A stretch of DNA of 64,000 nucleotides, taken from contig MU058645.1 in NCBI GenBank assembly GCA_013265495.1, positions 848,995 to 912,994 on the forward strand. The letters are read 5' to 3'. The translations under genes and the position numbers were made by a program. The notes below the pieces were generated by a model. It was not told the DNA's origin and did no database searches. It was given only the letters and a program-made list of their open reading frames with translations. Of this stretch, positions 61,301 through 64,000 are shown in pieces. The stretch comes from Vicugna vicugna (Eukaryota). Each line of letters begins with the position of its first letter. The stretch's first letter is position 1.

Positions 61301-64000
61301 ATCCATTGTTATCACAAGGTGCTTACAAGGATTAAAGGAGTTAATTCAGGTAAAGTGCTTGGCCAGGTTTCAAGCACAGAGTAAGTGCTCGAGGAGAGGT
61401 GAGTGACCATCATCACTCTTATCCTTAGAGATCTGCCAACCATCCCCCAGCCAATTCCAGATCTGACTGCAAGGGGCTCGCCTCCAATGTCTGAGTTCTG
61501 CTTAAATGTGCTCTCAAGGCAGGCGTACAGATGGGGAATAAGCCTTTTAAAAAGTCACCAGTAAATTTCAGAGAGACTTGGAAGCCAGCAGAGCTGCTGA
61601 GAAGGGGCCATTCTGGGCCTGGGGAGGGGCTGATAGAGACAGACATGGAGGATGGAGAACCGCTTTAGTAAATGAGTTAAACAGGCCTTGGGCAGTATCC
61701 TTTTTCATTCATCAGTTTTGACGAATGCAAATCTATAATGGACAAAATATAATTAGGGAGTTCATTAAACCTCCACGAAGAGATCAAAAGTGAAGGAATG
61801 CTGCCCAAAAGGGCTTGGCCATCAAGCCCTCCCGAGGCAGCCAAGGCTCAGTGAGCGCAGGGCCCAGCTGTCCCAGGGGCACTCTCATTCCGAGACAGGC
61901 CCAAACCTGCTCAGAAGCAGCCCAGCTACGCGACCGCGCAGAGGGCACGGGAGAGGCTCGACAGGGACGGTGATTACCAAGCTAAACAGTTCATGAAACA
62001 CAGCTAAATGTCCCCGGAGCGAATATCATGGCAGCCATTTTTTTGCTGTAAATTGCAAATCCTCTTAGTAAGGAAACATATTATAAATTAATGACTATTG
62101 TGTGTTGCCTTTTAAGTGTGTTCGAACTTCTTCAGCATCATTAGAGATCCCCCCGCTCAGTCCCGGGCACCCACAGGCTCTCAGGCACACTGGGGTCACC
62201 CTGACGCAACTTGAAGCTGCTACTGAAGGAAGGATGCACCCGCCTTTGCAAACCAACAGCTGCAAAGGGCAGCAAACACCTACTGTCCTTCAGCAAGCAC
62301 GGGCTCCTCGGGCCTTAGGGGCATGTCCTACAGGAGGTGTTTCCATCGACAGTGTTAGGGCCCTAAACATCAGAGCTGTCAGTTGGCGGGTGACAGGACT
62401 GGTGAGGAGGGTATAGGATCTGCTGGGGACCCACCACACCCCCAGAGTCTCCTGGGCCCCGGAGCCCCAAGGACCTGCAACGTGCCAAGGCCCCTTACAG
62501 GAGCAAGAGTGTGTCCTGGGGACAGGGGTGGGTGGCACCCTGACCCAGTTTCCCACACCCGGGATGGCTTCAATCCGGTCCCTGGCTGCCTTCTCCCCCG
62601 GGGCACCTCCTCTCCTCCCTGGAGCCAGGCCCCTGCTGCGGCTCAGCCTGATCTCAGCCCTTCCTGTCCTGTGTCACCTCCTCTCCTGGGAGATGTGGAG
62701 CTCACAAGGGAAGGTCCCTCCAGCTGCGCCGCTCCTCTCTCCCCTGCACCCTCCTCCCACCCTACCTCCTGTCTCCCACAGTTCTCTGTCCTCTTCCTCC
62801 TCCCTGTCTCTGCAGTGAGCCCTGGGCTGACCCACTCAGTGGGCGGCAGACTCAGTCCCTCCCCTTCCCCTCCCCAGCCAGGGTCTGAGCCCCTGATTCA
62901 TCCTCTCCTTATCCTCCTCCCACCAGAGCTGCGATCTTCAGTGTCACCACTGACCTTCTAAGCTCCAAACCCAGTGTCTCATGCCAATTCCTGTCCCCTG
63001 ACCCTTGGCAGCACCTCCAGAGGTGGGCTTCTGTCTGAGAACTCCCTGGCCTGAGGCTGAGCTGACGCCTTGCCGTTCCTTCTCTGCTCTTCTGGTCCCA
63101 GACCCTCCTGTGGGCAATGTGCCTCTAGGAGAACCCGGCGGAGGGGGGCTAAGGGAGGGGGGCGGAGAAGGGAGGGGCCAAATGCAGGGAAGAGGGAGGA
63201 GAGAGAGCCCTGCTGGGGAATCTCTCCAGCATGAGGGGAGGTTTGTAGGGGCACTGAAAATGGGTGTGTCCACATCAAAGCCACCAACAGGGACCTGCAG
63301 AAGGATGGAGGCAGGGCTGATCTCCCGCCTGACTTATCTAGAAATCAAGGTGGTAGGAGGCCACCTGGCCCTGAGGGAGCCCAGAAGGCCCCCAGCGTCT
63401 TCTTCTGAGGATCATCCTGGGGGGGCGGGTACCGGGCAGGGGGTCTGCCAAGGATAAGCAGATTAACCCAGTTGGGGGTGGTTCCCTGGCGAGGAAGCTG
63501 CCATGGGACCAGCGCTCACACCCAGGCTCAGGAGTCTGGACGCTCCCTGAGGCCCGCGGCCACTGGACCTGCAGAGGATGCACTGGGATAAACGAAATAC
63601 AACTAACTTTAGTCACGTGAGCAGTCGCCGTCCTCAGGGCCATCAGATGACTCCAGGCTCCTCCCGGAACACAGAAGGGCTGCATGCGGCTGAGACAGAG
63701 CAGCCCGCCTGCAGAAGATGAGATAAAAGCCTCATTTTCTTCTGCCCAAAACCCGATTTTTAAAGTCAAACAGCTGTAGACTATGAAAGAGCTCATGGAA
63801 GGCGTCAGTGGTTGAAATCACCCACTCAAGCCCTCTGCCTCTCATCCTCCTGAAATAAAGACCACCAGGGCTTCCTCCCTCCTGGCGCGGCCCAGGCCCG
63901 CCCCGCGGGTGTGAATTCCTCACAGCCATCCTGGTCCTCGGGGGCTTGGTGTCAGTGAGCCTCCAGGGCCAGGAGAGCAAATTCCTGCGAACAGAGAGGC

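Noticed and set aside
1..64000. Prokaryote-type systems (CRISPR arrays, operons) or an intact endogenous virus
   Set aside because: Mammalian repeat landscape; no spaced direct-repeat array and no gag/pol/env-like ORFs seen.

Overview
Mammalian genomic DNA, most likely camelid (inferred from two short tRNA-derived SINEs of the Tylopoda vic-1 type and the recent L1 3' ends). It is rich in L1, L2, MIR and MaLR (MLT1) LTR remnants and contains one 13-N assembly gap. No intact known protein-coding gene is recognisable, and most ORFs in the track are noise. The main result is on the minus strand between about 39.3 kb and the window start. About 20 GT-AG-bounded segments translate, in collinear order, to motifs matching GREB1/GREB1L from the N-terminal domain, through the permuted SF2-helicase-like module (Walker A region), to the TAGT glycosyltransferase domain and C-terminus. 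Similarity is low and motif-level, and the locus carries nonsense codons, frameshifts and an MLT1F-like LTR inserted inside a TAGT-domain exon. I interpret it as an intron-containing unitary pseudogene of a third, highly diverged GREB1-family paralogue, whose last exon(s) lie beyond position 1. The GREB1 peptides quoted are recalled from memory and aligned by eye, so the homology needs computational confirmation. The region 40-64 kb looks like repeat-rich upstream/intergenic DNA with a CpG-rich patch near 43.2-43.8 kb.
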